From Chitinophagaceae bacterium (GTDB lineage: Bacteria > Bacteroidota > Bacteroidia > Chitinophagales > Chitinophagaceae), in contig JAULVS010000033.1 in NCBI GenBank assembly GCA_032110905.1, positions 214 to 64,213 of the forward strand: a DNA stretch of 64,000 nt. Reading direction: 5' to 3'. The translations under genes were made by a program, and so were the position numbers. Each line of letters starts with the position of its first letter. Positions within the stretch are counted from its first letter, which is position 1. A model generated the notes under the pieces. It was not told the DNA's origin and made no database searches. It was given only the letters and a program-made list of their open reading frames with translations. Below, piece after piece: positions 38,007 to 48,172 of the stretch.

Positions 38007-39920
38007 TTATAAACTGATTTTTATGCCACCCATTAGCCATCTTGAAGGCATAACGGTGCCGAGTATATCCGCATAGCGGCGGTTTAACAGGTTGTCGGCT
38101 TGCACAAAAGCAGAAACCTGTTTTTCAGAAAAACTATACTCAACACGGAGATTCATTAAATAATAAGAAGGAGAAATTGCAACAAAGCCTGTTCTGCTTT
38201 GCGTTAATCTTTCCTTGTAGAGACCGTTCGTGCTAATGGAAATATTCCGGTACTGATAGAGTAAAGAAAAATTCAGCAAAAATGAAGCATGATTGGAAAC
38301 ATACAGAGAAGGAACGGTATCGCTCGAAAGACTTTTCATTCTTACTGCACCGATTTGTAAAACCAAAGATTGCTTATCCGATATTTTTTTCTGGTATAAT
38401 ATATCAAGTTCAGCACCTCTGGTGTTAACGCTTGAAATATTTTTCGCAAGAGAGTAGGAGGCGCCCGGTACAAGATTTACTTGCCTTGGCATATCATTGT
38501 AACCCGTTAAAACATAATCGATCAGTCCTGAATGGAAGCGCTGGAACCAGCCTGCTGAAATTTTCAATCCTTTGATTCCGAAGTAGTCGATGCCTCCTTC
38601 ATAACTCAGGGATGTTTCAGCTTCCAGAAAAGTGTTTCCAATTCTGTTGCCTGCAGATACTAATAAGGGCTGATAATTATTAAAACGTTCTGTGAAATCT
38701 GGTTCACGTGTGGTTTTACCTACGCTTCCTCGTAACTGAATCTGTTTCAGCTTATAAGAAAGATTCAGCTGTGGAATTAATTCCCACCCGGAACGTTCAT
38801 TCCAGTCGGCACGAACAGAAGGGTTGATATGAAGGTTATTGCCAATGCGATGGTGTAAAAGGATGAAGGCACCTGCTGTTGTAATTTGATGATTTCCGCG
38901 ATTGTTTGATTTTACTTCTCTGTCAATCCATTGAAGTCCTGTTTGCAAGGAGCTCTTTTCATTCACTCTGTACTGATGAAGTAACAGAAGTTGTGCCATC
39001 GAAGAACGGTTGGTGTTTGACGCAGATGATTTTCGAAGTTGAAATTTATCGGAGGCATCTTTGTACGCGCCACTCAATTGAATGTTGTGCTTGCCTTTTT
39101 TGTATTGGGCAGAGAACTGATGCCATCTGCTGATGACTCTTTCTGTTGCTGTATCAATACTTAGCTGTGTATAAAAATTTTGGGCATTGAAGTTGCGGTC
39201 GTCATAGGCCGTTCGGTATGCCAGAGAAAAGTTTTCATTAAAAAAATGTTTTGCAGAAAGAGAGACGGTAGAGAGGTTAAAAAATCCCTTTGTTCCACGT
39301 AGTGTTTGGCCTTCAGCATAATTCTGAAGCAGCCCACCGGAGACGATTGTTTTATTGTGATTAACCGTGAAGCCTGCTTGTCCGTTTCGTAATCCGAACT
39401 GGCCGCTTGTTAGTTGTGCAGAGACGGATCTGTATTTTTTGTTTTTTATTCCGGAGAAGGTTTTTGTGATAATGTGAATGACGCCGCCAACAGCTTCTGT
39501 GCCATATACGGCAGAAGAGGCGCCTTTCAGTATTTCTATTCTGTCTATTTCTTCAGGAGAGATTGGGAAATAGGAGTTGAAATGCCCTGTGAGTGGATCA
39601 TTGATGCGCATGCCGTCAATTACAATCAGCACTTGCTGAAAGGTGCCTCCTCTCAGTGTGATGTTGCTCTGCGTGCCCATCGGCCCTCTGCTTTGAACTT
39701 CAATGCCCGGAAGGTAACGAAGAAGTTCGTCTACAGAACTGACGGGATATTTTCTAAGCGCGTCACCGTCTACAACAATAATATTTCGACCTGTTTTCGA
39801 CTGTTGGTTGGGTGACATAGATGCGGATATAGTAACCGGATCCAATTCATTGTTAGATTCCTGTGCTTTTGCAGATATGATTAAAAATAATACGGAAAAG
39901 ACGGTAATAATACGTTGCAT
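38007..39920 (-). CDS. TonB-dependent receptor
   Basis: Plug motifs LLRYLPGIEV, LIVIDG, IDRIEILKGASSAVYGTEAVGGVIHIIT; C-terminal NLLNRRY...GGIKISL; TATCTTTG at 39937-44. Confidence 0.92.
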   Translation of the reverse strand: MQRIITVFSVLFLIISAKAQESNNELDPVTISASMSPNQQSKTGRNIIVVDGDALRKYPVSSVDELLRYLPGIEVQSRGPMGTQSNITLRGGTFQQVLIVIDGMRINDPLTGHFNSYFPISPEEIDRIEILKGASSAVYGTEAVGGVIHIITKTFSGIKNKKYRSVSAQLTSGQFGLRNGQAGFTVNHNKTIVSGGLLQNYAEGQTLRGTKGFFNLSTVSLSAKHFFNENFSLAYRTAYDDRNFNAQNFYTQLSIDTATERVISRWHQFSAQYKKGKHNIQLSGAYKDASDKFQLRKSSASNTNRSSMAQLLLLHQYRVNEKSSLQTGLQWIDREVKSNNRGNHQITTAGAFILLHHRIGNNLHINPSVRADWNERSGWELIPQLNLSYKLKQIQLRGSVGKTTREPDFTERFNNYQPLLVSAGNRIGNTFLEAETSLSYEGGIDYFGIKGLKISAGWFQRFHSGLIDYVLTGYNDMPRQVNLVPGASYSLAKNISSVNTRGAELDILYQKKISDKQSLVLQIGAVRMKSLSSDTVPSLYVSNHASFLLNFSLLYQYRNISISTNGLYKERLTQSRTGFVAISPSYYLMNLRVEYSFSEKQVSAFVQADNLLNRRYADILGTVMPSRWLMGGIKISL

Positions 39921-40097
39921 ATTAGTCGTTTGGCGGCAAAGATAGGGGAGCGGTATTTGATGAAATACCCGGGACGAAAATATAAAACAAGATAATCAGC
40001 ATTCTAGTTAAAGTATATGGCCTTGAAAAACTAAATAGGGGATATGTAAATTCCCGTAATTATGAGTATCTTTATACATATCCTTAAGACAAACCAT

Positions 40098-40547
40098 ATG
40101 CGATATGTTGTAACCATATCATGTTCTGTTTTTTTTGCTTCTTTTTCTTATGCAGGAAACAACACACCTCCCCCTCTAAAAGATACTTTAATAGAGACGA
40201 GCACATTAATATCAAAGCGTAAAAAGGAGAAAGGCGATACGCTTATTTATTATGAGGTTTTGCGTTTAAAAGATATGGATCATCGCCAGCAATATATGGC
40301 CGTATTTGCCCGGGCAATTATAGAAGATCGTCGATCTTCTGCAAAGCTTCAAATTCGTTATCTGCTTAAAAGGGAAAGGGAATATCTAGAAAAGATATTC
40401 TTTACAAAGGCGCAGGTAATTGAGTCCAGACAAACGCAACTGATTCCTGTAAAAGCGCTAAATGACCTTTCGGTTAGGTATAAAGGCATCAGTATATGGA
40501 CTATCCTGGATGTTAATCAGTTTTTTAATAAGACTCTTCATCAGTAG
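40098..40547 (+). CDS. hypothetical secreted protein
   Basis: Signal-peptide-like N-terminus from ATG 40098; no recognisable family; 3' end overlaps panB 3' end by 23 nt. Confidence 0.55.
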   Translation: MRYVVTISCSVFFASFSYAGNNTPPPLKDTLIETSTLISKRKKEKGDTLIYYEVLRLKDMDHRQQYMAVFARAIIEDRRSSAKLQIRYLLKREREYLEKIFFTKAQVIESRQTQLIPVKALNDLSVRYKGISIWTILDVNQFFNKTLHQ

Positions 40548-41334
40548 GGAATTTGCCCTTTTTTACATCATTGTGATAGTTTCTGAAAGCATCAGTTACT
40601 AGTTCGTGCAGGTTGAGGTATTTTCTGACAAATCGTGGATTGAACTCATTATTGAGGCCAAGTAAATCATGCATTACAAGTACTTGTCCGTCACAATCAG
40701 GACCGGCGCCTATTCCGATTGCAGGAATACTTAATGATGATGTGACTATTTTTGCCAACTTAGCCGGAATTTTTTCTAAAACAAGCGCAAAACATTTTGC
40801 CTCCTGCAGTAGCAGCGCATCATTTTTTAATTTAATGGCTTCTTCCTCCTCTTTCGCTCTCACATTATAAGTTCCGAACTGATAAATTGATTGTGGAACG
40901 AGTCCGAGATGACCCATCACAGGAATTCCCGCAGCTGTAATTTTTTTTACAGATTCAATAATTTCTTCTCCGCCTTCCATTTTAACGGCATGAGCACCCG
41001 TTTCTTTCATAATTCTGACTGCGCTGGCAAGAGCCATATCTGAGTTTGACTGATAAGTACCAAAAGGCAGATCAACAACAACCAACGCATGTTTTACCGC
41101 TCTGATTACTGATTGTGCATGGTAAATCATTTGGTCAAGGGTGATGGGGAGTGTTGTTTCGTGCCCCGCAATTACATTGCTGGCTGAATCTCCGACCAGT
41201 ATTACATCGATACCTGCTTCGTCAATCAGTTTTGCAAATGAGAAATCATATGCAGTAAGCATTGAAATCTTTTCTCCTGCTTTCTTCATTTTATGAAGCG
41301 TATGTGTCGTTATTCTTTTGTGTTCATTGCTCAT
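40525..41334 (-). CDS. panB: 3-methyl-2-oxobutanoate hydroxymethyltransferase
   Basis: [52 protein letters not shown]. Confidence 0.96.
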   Translation of the reverse strand: MSNEHKRITTHTLHKMKKAGEKISMLTAYDFSFAKLIDEAGIDVILVGDSASNVIAGHETTLPITLDQMIYHAQSVIRAVKHALVVVDLPFGTYQSNSDMALASAVRIMKETGAHAVKMEGGEEIIESVKKITAAGIPVMGHLGLVPQSIYQFGTYNVRAKEEEEAIKLKNDALLLQEAKCFALVLEKIPAKLAKIVTSSLSIPAIGIGAGPDCDGQVLVMHDLLGLNNEFNPRFVRKYLNLHELVTDAFRNYHNDVKKGKFPTDEESY

Positions 41335-41350
41335 TGTTGACGTTTAAATT

Positions 41351-42247
41351 TCAATTTATTTGCTTTTTTGCTTTGATTTCATCATACAGCATATGTATCA
41401 GTCCGTCGGCGAGTCCGATTTTGGGAACATAAATTTCATCTGCATTAGCCCATCGCATCACATTGACATAGATTTGAAGTGCAGGTATAATTACGTCTGC
41501 ACGGTCTTCTTTAAGCTGGTATAATTCCATTCTCTCTTTCAGTGAAACACTGCCAAGTTCTTTCAGATAGTCTTTCAGTAATTCGAAAGATAATGGTTTG
41601 CCATCTTTTTTCTTTGAAAGGGAAAAGACCTTGTTGATATTACCGCCCGACCCGATTGCAACAGGTTGCGCATGGCCTTTCAGATTTTGTTTTAGGAATT
41701 CCTTCACTTCTTCCCACTGACTAACATCAACCTTTTGTTTAAGGAGACGTATTGTGCCAATGTTAAAAGATCTTTTGAAGACAGGTTTCCCTTTTGAGAA
41801 AAAGGTTAGTTCTGTACTGCCTCCGCCAACATCTATGTACAAATAGGAGTGGTCGGAGGAGAGGTTTTCAGCGATGTGGTTTTCGTAAATATATGCAGCT
41901 TCCTGGTCGCCAGTAATAATTTCAATATTGATGCCACTGCTTTCTTTTACCTTTTTGATTATTTCCTGTGCATTCCGGGCATCTCTCATAGCAGAAGTTG
42001 CACATGCTTTCAGGTGAACAACTTCATAGATATTTAGCAGATGACGATATGCTTTAATCGTTTCGACAAGTTTCGCGGTTTTTTCCTTGGAAATATTCCC
42101 GGTCTCAAATACATCGAAACCCAGGCGCAAAGGAATGCGGATCAGATTCAGCTTCTGAAAAATAATTTTACCCTTTTCTTCCTCCGTTGCTTCTGTTATC
42201 AGCAGGCGGGCGGCGTTGCTTCCTATGTCTATTGCTGCCAGTTTCAA
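41351..42247 (-). CDS. ppx: exopolyphosphatase (Ppx/GppA family)
   Basis: AAIDIGSNAARL, ATSAMRDA, IDVGGGSTE, SFNIGTIRL; TTG start. Confidence 0.92.
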   Translation of the reverse strand: MKLAAIDIGSNAARLLITEATEEEKGKIIFQKLNLIRIPLRLGFDVFETGNISKEKTAKLVETIKAYRHLLNIYEVVHLKACATSAMRDARNAQEIIKKVKESSGINIEIITGDQEAAYIYENHIAENLSSDHSYLYIDVGGGSTELTFFSKGKPVFKRSFNIGTIRLLKQKVDVSQWEEVKEFLKQNLKGHAQPVAIGSGGNINKVFSLSKKKDGKPLSFELLKDYLKELGSVSLKERMELYQLKEDRADVIIPALQIYVNVMRWANADEIYVPKIGLADGLIHMLYDEIKAKKQIN

Positions 42248-44327
42248 CTTCCTTCATTGTTTTTTGGAACAGGTAATTGTAAAGTTCTACCTGGCTCCTT
42301 ATCATTTTTCCTTTTTTCGGGACATACCTGTTTTCAAGGTGGTTGTCCAGTATCCGGGCTTTTGTATTGTCACTTAGTTGGATGGAGAGGTAATCTTTTA
42401 GTTCTTTTTTCAAAGTTTCATCCTGTATTTCAACCGCTGCCTCAATACGATGATCCAGGTTTCTCACCATCCAGTCGGCCGAAGATAGAAAAACTTTTTC
42501 TTTACCCTTGTTGTGAAATATCAACACCCTGCTGTGCTCCAGGTATTGGTCGACAATACTTACGGCAAAGGGTTTTACTTTAAATTTCTTATGTGAGGTA
42601 AGCATACAAAAGATGCCTCTGATGACAAGCTTAACTTCAACTCCTTCACGAGCAGCTTCGTAAAGAAGATTGATCATGTTTTCATCGGAGAGGCTATTCA
42701 TCTTTATTGTGATAGCCGCTGCATTGCCCGACTTCGCATTTTTAATTTCGTTGCTTACCAATTCAGTGAATGTATTTCTCATTGATAGGGGAGAAACAAC
42801 AAGGCTTTTACATTCCCTTAGTAATTTCATCCTTGCTGGTATTGGGTTTTCCAAAAATGAGAAGATACGGTTGAAATCGGCCATTATTGATCTGCCTGCT
42901 GTTAATAAACAGTGATCACCATAAACTCGGGCTGTAGATTCATTGAGGTTGCCTGTGCTGACAAACCCGTACTGAATGCTTTTATTTTTAATTCTTTTTT
43001 TAATGACGCATATTTTGGCATGCACTTTCATATTCGGAATGCCAACCAATACTTTGATACCTTCTAGTTCAAGCCTTTCCTTCCATTCCAGGTTTGCTTC
43101 TTCGTCGAACCTTGCTCTGAGTTCGAGCATAACGGTAACTTTTTTTCCATTTCTTCCAGCATTGATTAATGCGTTGATGATTTTAGAATTTTCAGCCAGT
43201 CTATATGCCGTTATTTTTATCTCAGTTACATCCGGGTCCATGGCCGCCTCTCTAAGTAAATCAATCACCGTTTCAAATGAATGATAGGGGAAATGAAGAA
43301 GGATGTCTTTGGAGAGAACGATTTCGCTCACTCTGCCGGAACCTGATAGTGCCGGATGAATGAATGGTTTTTTTCTGGCATATCTTGAATGAAAAATATT
43401 TGCCGGAAAATCCATAAAGTTTCTGAAATTATGAATACGTCCGCCCGCCAGTATATTGTCTCTTCTGGAAATATTGAGTCTTTTAATCAGGTATTCAAGA
43501 AAACCTGCGTCCAGATCTTTGTCATAAATAAAACGAACTGTTTTCCCTTTTCTTCTGTTTTTAAGTCCTTTCTCAATTTTTTGAATCATAGAAGAACTGA
43601 TGTCATTGTCAAGATCGATCTCTGCATCTTTTGTCACCTTGATTATATGTGCCTGGAATGTATCATAGCCCAGGAAGGAGAAGATGCGAGGCAAACAATG
43701 ACGGATGATGTCCTCCATTAGTATAATGTGGTGTGTGCCGGAAGGGGATGGCAGTTCAATGAATCTTCTTTTGTTTCTTGATGGCACTTCTATGAGTGCA
43801 TATTTATTTGAATAAGCACGTCGGCTGTTGCTCATGCAAACAGCAAGATAAAGAGATCGTTCACGCAGATAAGGTATTTGGGGATTGCTCTCTATCATAA
43901 GAGGGATCACTTCAGAACGCACTTCTGTATCAAAATAATTTTCAACAAATAGTTTTTGTTCTTTGCTGAGTTTTTTTTCTGTTACAAGAAATATATTTTC
44001 TTTTCGAAGGTCTTGCTGAACGTGGTTCCAGATTCGGTTGAATTCACTTTGCTGTTCAAGTACAGTATCCTGTATTTGTTCCAGTATTTGCGCAGGATTT
44101 TTTTCCAAATGCATTCTATGCTGCACTTTCTCTTTCAAAGAAGCCATTCGCTTCAGAGTGGCAACCCTTACTCTGAAAAATTCATCCAAGTTATTAGAAA
44201 ATATACCAAGGAAACGCAGTCTTTCCCGCAGCGGTACACGAGGATCATCAGCTTCCTGCAAAACGCGTGCATTAAAAGAAAGCCAGCTTATATCACGGAA
44301 ATTTGTTTTAATTGTTGGTTTTATCAT
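42168..44327 (-). CDS. ppk1: polyphosphate kinase 1
   Basis: RDISWLSFNARVLQEA, SNNLDEFFRVRVA, LHFPYHSF, ELRARFDEEAN, KVHAK, STGNLNE, SSADWMVRNLDHRIE; likely ATG 44327. Confidence 0.96.
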   Translation of the reverse strand: MIKPTIKTNFRDISWLSFNARVLQEADDPRVPLRERLRFLGIFSNNLDEFFRVRVATLKRMASLKEKVQHRMHLEKNPAQILEQIQDTVLEQQSEFNRIWNHVQQDLRKENIFLVTEKKLSKEQKLFVENYFDTEVRSEVIPLMIESNPQIPYLRERSLYLAVCMSNSRRAYSNKYALIEVPSRNKRRFIELPSPSGTHHIILMEDIIRHCLPRIFSFLGYDTFQAHIIKVTKDAEIDLDNDISSSMIQKIEKGLKNRRKGKTVRFIYDKDLDAGFLEYLIKRLNISRRDNILAGGRIHNFRNFMDFPANIFHSRYARKKPFIHPALSGSGRVSEIVLSKDILLHFPYHSFETVIDLLREAAMDPDVTEIKITAYRLAENSKIINALINAGRNGKKVTVMLELRARFDEEANLEWKERLELEGIKVLVGIPNMKVHAKICVIKKRIKNKSIQYGFVSTGNLNESTARVYGDHCLLTAGRSIMADFNRIFSFLENPIPARMKLLRECKSLVVSPLSMRNTFTELVSNEIKNAKSGNAAAITIKMNSLSDENMINLLYEAAREGVEVKLVIRGIFCMLTSHKKFKVKPFAVSIVDQYLEHSRVLIFHNKGKEKVFLSSADWMVRNLDHRIEAAVEIQDETLKKELKDYLSIQLSDNTKARILDNHLENRYVPKKGKMIRSQVELYNYLFQKTMKEVETGSNRHRKQRRPPADNRSNGGRKG

Positions 44328-44403
44328 ATGACAACATTGCTGCAAATGTACCTTAGGCTGATATAGTGAAATGTTAAGTTTTAATGCAACCTGCCGGTTT
44401 GTG

Positions 44404-44895
44404 TCAAAGCTTTGTGATTTTGTCAATTAGGCTTGTTGAAGATTTGCCGGGTATCAGTGGAATGATTTCCACCTTTCCACCTGCTGCCAACACTTCATTT
44501 GCACCTACAATGGTTTCAATGGAATAATCACCGCCTTTAACCAGCACATCCGGCATTATCTTTTTTATAAGTTGAAGTGGTGTGTCTTCTTCAAAAACCA
44601 TAACGGCATCAACCATCTCAAGAGAGGAGAGGATTTCTATACGGTCTTCCATACAATGTACGGGCCTCGATTCTCCTTTTAATCTTTTAACTGAAGAATC
44701 ACTGTTGACGCCCACAATTAAAATATCTCCGAATGAAGCTGCCTGCTTCAGTGTATGAATATGCCCGGCATGCAAGAGATCGAAAACGCCATTGGTAAAA
44801 ACAACTTTTTTTGAAGTAAGTTTCCACCTTTCTTTCCATTGAAGAATTGACTGTTCATTCAAAATTTTTCTCTCCAGGTACTGAATGCCTTTCAT
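44404..44895 (-). CDS. D-glycero-beta-D-manno-heptose 1-phosphate adenylyltransferase (stand-alone HldC/RfaE2-like)
   Basis: VVFTNGVFDLLHAGH, VGVNSDSSVKRLKG, LVKGGDY, SSTSLI. Confidence 0.85.
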   Translation of the reverse strand: MKGIQYLERKILNEQSILQWKERWKLTSKKVVFTNGVFDLLHAGHIHTLKQAASFGDILIVGVNSDSSVKRLKGESRPVHCMEDRIEILSSLEMVDAVMVFEEDTPLQLIKKIMPDVLVKGGDYSIETIVGANEVLAAGGKVEIIPLIPGKSSTSLIDKITKL

Positions 44896-44902
44896 GGTAA
44901 AA

Positions 44903-44973
44903 GTTGTTGGTTATTGGTTATTTGTTGTTGGTTAATGGCGGTTCGTTTGTGGGCTACCGATAACCGATAACTC
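44903..44973. repeat. inverted pair of 7-bp tracts
   Basis: gttgttg gttattg gttattt gttgttg gttaatg ... ctaccga taaccga taactcc. Confidence 0.8.
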
Positions 44974-45990
44974 CTAACCGCGAACTATTTTATTTCTGTT
45001 TACAATTGGCAATAACACAAAGCAGATTAATCCGGTAACAAGCACTATTCCCATTTGTGCTATCCAGAGTATCCATCCAAAAGCATATCCCAGTGCTTCT
45101 CCGATTCCATAAAGCAGTAATGTCTTTTGAACAGCGTACTGATAGGAGCCGAGACCTCCTTGCGTTGGCACAAGCATACCAAGACTTCCGAAACAAAGAA
45201 CTGATAATGCAACTGAGATGCCGAGGCCTTCTGTTTCTTTCAATGCGTAAAAACCAATTTGAATACTTAATAAATAAAGTATCCAGATGAATACTGATTG
45301 TAAAATAAAAAGATTTTTACGGGGCACATTGCGGATACTTAATAGTCCGTCGTAAACTCCTTTGAGTATTGATTTAACTTTTAGAAACCAGTTTTTTTGT
45401 TTGTGCTTTTTAATTATGAGGTATAAAACAATTAATGCAATTAGGAGTGATACTACAAAAATGATTAATCCATTCGAATTTATCTTTTCTCCGGATGAAC
45501 CGGTAATCATATGAAATAAGGACATTGCATAACTGCCCACAACATCAACCTGCAGTAAAACAGTAATGAAGCTGACTATCACCAAACAGATCATATCGAC
45601 CGCTCTTTCAGCAACAATGGTGCCTACGAGTTTTTCAGGTGGGATTTTCTCATAGCGGGAGAGAAGGGTACACTTTAGGATTTCACCAAGACGGGGAACA
45701 GCCAGGTTGCTCATATAGCCAATCATAACCATACTGAACAGGTTGAAGTTTGTAGCATGGTATCCCATTGAATTGATCAAAAGTTTCCATCGCATAGCCC
45801 GCAGATAATGACTAAGCAAAAGGGTAAAGAAAACCGGCAGAACCACCCAATAACGTGCGTTAGAGATGGCATTACGAATCTCTTTCCATCCTTCTTCACT
45901 GATGTTTTTACCCATCCACCAAACGAGACCTATTCCCAATCCGGTAAAAAACAATACTTGTAATATGGTGCGCAAACGTTTTCGGAGCAT
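44974..45990 (-). CDS. lysylphosphatidylglycerol-synthase TM / flippase-like protein (UPF0104)
   Basis: RAMRWKLL, GYMSNLAVPRLGE, GTIVAER, VPTQGGLGSYQ; multiple TMs. Confidence 0.85.
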   Translation of the reverse strand: MLRKRLRTILQVLFFTGLGIGLVWWMGKNISEEGWKEIRNAISNARYWVVLPVFFTLLLSHYLRAMRWKLLINSMGYHATNFNLFSMVMIGYMSNLAVPRLGEILKCTLLSRYEKIPPEKLVGTIVAERAVDMICLVIVSFITVLLQVDVVGSYAMSLFHMITGSSGEKINSNGLIIFVVSLLIALIVLYLIIKKHKQKNWFLKVKSILKGVYDGLLSIRNVPRKNLFILQSVFIWILYLLSIQIGFYALKETEGLGISVALSVLCFGSLGMLVPTQGGLGSYQYAVQKTLLLYGIGEALGYAFGWILWIAQMGIVLVTGLICFVLLPIVNRNKIVRG

Positions 45991-46011
45991 AACTCAGATC
46001 CGAAAGTTAAG

Positions 46012-46356
46012 TCAAAGTTTGTTTCCTTCCTTAGGAAATACAAGCACAGGCTGAAATGATTTTGCTTGCTCAAAAGGTATAGAAGCATAAGAAAGAATGA
46101 TCACTGTATCACCAGCGGCACCTTGCCTGGCAGCAGGACCATTCAGGCAGCATACGCCACTTCCTCGTTTTCCTTTGATGAGGTAAGTTTCTAGACGATT
46201 GCCGTTATTTACATTAACTACCTGAATTTTTTCATACTCAACCATATTAGCCGCATCCATCAGGTCTTCATCGAGTGTCAGGCTTCCGATATAATGCAGG
46301 TTGGCCTCTGTGATGGTGGCCCTATGTACTTTTGACTTTAGTATTTCTATCAACAT
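46012..46356 (-). CDS. panD: aspartate 1-decarboxylase
   Basis: [19 protein letters not shown] (G-S cleavage site), [15 protein letters not shown]. Confidence 0.96.
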   Translation of the reverse strand: MLIEILKSKVHRATITEANLHYIGSLTLDEDLMDAANMVEYEKIQVVNVNNGNRLETYLIKGKRGSGVCCLNGPAARQGAAGDTVIILSYASIPFEQAKSFQPVLVFPKEGNKL

Positions 46357-46391
46357 GCGGCGAAATTAGTATTATTTGTTTTTACGTTTAT

Positions 46392-47246
46392 TCATGGAAA
46401 CAAAAGCATATTGTCAATTAATCGTACAGATCCGATTTTTGCTGCAATTAATGCACGTATATGGTTAGCCTGACTGATATCTGAAATGGATAAAAGGGTA
46501 TTTGCGTCTGTAATTTCTATATAGTCGACCTGAAAGCCTTCCTGCTCCAATACTGAAGCTGCTTTTTCTTTAAGAACAGAAAAGGGCTCGATGTTAATCT
46601 TTTTTTTCAGTTCATGCATACAACGATAGATAATAGCGGCTTTTGTTCTTTCAGCATCTGTTAATCTTGCATTTCGACTACTCATAGCAAGGCCGTCTTT
46701 TTCTCTAAAGGTTGATCCGGTAATCAGTTTAGTTTCTGGTATGCGGCCTGTAAGTTCCAGAAGTTTTGAGATCACCATACACTGCTGATAATCTTTTTCT
46801 CCCAGGAAAAGGTAATCAGGTGTTACGATGGAGAGTAGACGGTCCACTACCTGACAGACGCCCTGAAAATGACCAGGTCTGTATTTGCCTTCCAGTATAT
46901 CTTCCAGGTAACCAAGCTCGTAATGATGGGTCTGCTTGAAGCCATGCGGATACATTTCTTGTACATCAGGATAAAAAAGTATGTCGCATCCGGCATCGTT
47001 TAGCAGTCTGATATCCTTGGAAATTGTTGAGGGGTATTTTTCAAAATCGGTAATATCATTGAATTGGGTGGGGTTTACAAAAATGCTGACAACCACATGT
47101 GAGCAGGATGCCTTGGCAAGTTGAATCAGCGAAAGGTGTCCCTCATGCAAAGCCCCCATTGTGGGCACAAATCCGACCTTCTTTCCGGATGCGTTTAATA
47201 GATTCAGGCTGGTTTTGAGGTCTTCACCAAAATGATAAATATGCAT
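46392..47246 (-). CDS. panC: pantoate-beta-alanine ligase
   Basis: GFVPTMGALHEGH, SIFVNPTQF, RPGHFQGV, GEKDYQQ, GLAMSSRN, RLIDN; likely ATG 47246. Confidence 0.96.
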   Translation of the reverse strand: MHIYHFGEDLKTSLNLLNASGKKVGFVPTMGALHEGHLSLIQLAKASCSHVVVSIFVNPTQFNDITDFEKYPSTISKDIRLLNDAGCDILFYPDVQEMYPHGFKQTHHYELGYLEDILEGKYRPGHFQGVCQVVDRLLSIVTPDYLFLGEKDYQQCMVISKLLELTGRIPETKLITGSTFREKDGLAMSSRNARLTDAERTKAAIIYRCMHELKKKINIEPFSVLKEKAASVLEQEGFQVDYIEITDANTLLSISDISQANHIRALIAAKIGSVRLIDNMLLFP

Positions 47247-47297
47247 GTGCAAATGGTTCAGGGCTTGCCGGGGAAAGGAATATTCCTTAAAATTTTG

Positions 47298-47305
47298 TAC
47301 TTTTG
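47298..47305 (+). promoter_or_regulatory. -7 element TACTTTTG
   Basis: Exact TAnnTTTG in the panC / GT5 divergent spacer. Confidence 0.5.
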
Positions 47306-47345
47306 CTCCCCGAATCAACCGGAAAAGTTCACGTAACACCCCAAC

Positions 47346-48164
47346 ATGTCAGCAGCAAAGAAACGAATTTTATTTATTGCCAGTGAAATGTCACCCTATC
47401 TGGAAGAGACAGATTTTTCTTCTATCGTGAATCAGCTGGCTATAAAAGCTAATGACTCCCAGTATGAAGTAAGGTGTATTATGCCCCGGTTCGGAATTAT
47501 CAACGAACGCCGCCACCGTCTGCATGAAGTTGTGCGTCTAAGTGGTATTAATGTTTCTGTGGACAACGATGATTATCCATTACAAATCAAAGTTGCTTCG
47601 CTTCCCAATGCCCGTTTGCAGGTATATTTTCTGGAAAATGAAGATCTGTTTAAAAGGAAATTTATTTTCCATGATGAAAATGATAAATGGTTTGATGACA
47701 ATGATCTGCGTACCATCTTTTTTTGTAAGGGAGCATTGGAAACGGTAAAGAAATTTGGCTGGCCTCCCGACATTATTCATTGTAGTGGTTGGATGACCGG
47801 ACTAATTCCTTTGTATTTGAACACTGCCTACAAGAAAGAGCCGGTATTCAGTAACAGTAAACTTGTATTTACAATCGGAGAAAATACTTTTAAAGAGAAG
47901 TTAGGAGCACGTTTTTTAAAGCTTGCTCAGATCCACGCTAATATCAAGGAAAAAGATCTGGAGCCATATAAAGACACAACCAATGCAGCAATGTTCAGGG
48001 GTGGCGCTACTTATGCTGATGCCATTACCTTTGGCGCCGAAAAAGTAGATAAAAAGCTTGCAGATGAATTTGGAAAGGTAAAGGGGAAGAAAGTAATTCC
48101 TTTCCGTGCCGACGGTGATATCAGTGATTACCTGCAGCTGTTTAACGACCTGTCTTCAAAATAA
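47346..48164 (+). CDS. glycogen/starch-synthase N-terminal-domain-only protein (GT5-like)
   Basis: ILFIASEMSPY, MPRFGIINERR, PDIIHCSGW; 272 aa, lacks KxGGL and the C-terminal GT-B domain. Confidence 0.8.
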   Translation: MSAAKKRILFIASEMSPYLEETDFSSIVNQLAIKANDSQYEVRCIMPRFGIINERRHRLHEVVRLSGINVSVDNDDYPLQIKVASLPNARLQVYFLENEDLFKRKFIFHDENDKWFDDNDLRTIFFCKGALETVKKFGWPPDIIHCSGWMTGLIPLYLNTAYKKEPVFSNSKLVFTIGENTFKEKLGARFLKLAQIHANIKEKDLEPYKDTTNAAMFRGGATYADAITFGAEKVDKKLADEFGKVKGKKVIPFRADGDISDYLQLFNDLSSK

Positions 48165-48172
48165 ACGCATTC

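Noticed and set aside
39921-39960. BtuB call with cobalamin riboswitch for the TonB receptor
   Set aside because: The -7 promoter element is only about 16 nt from the start codon, leaving no room for a riboswitch; substrate left unassigned
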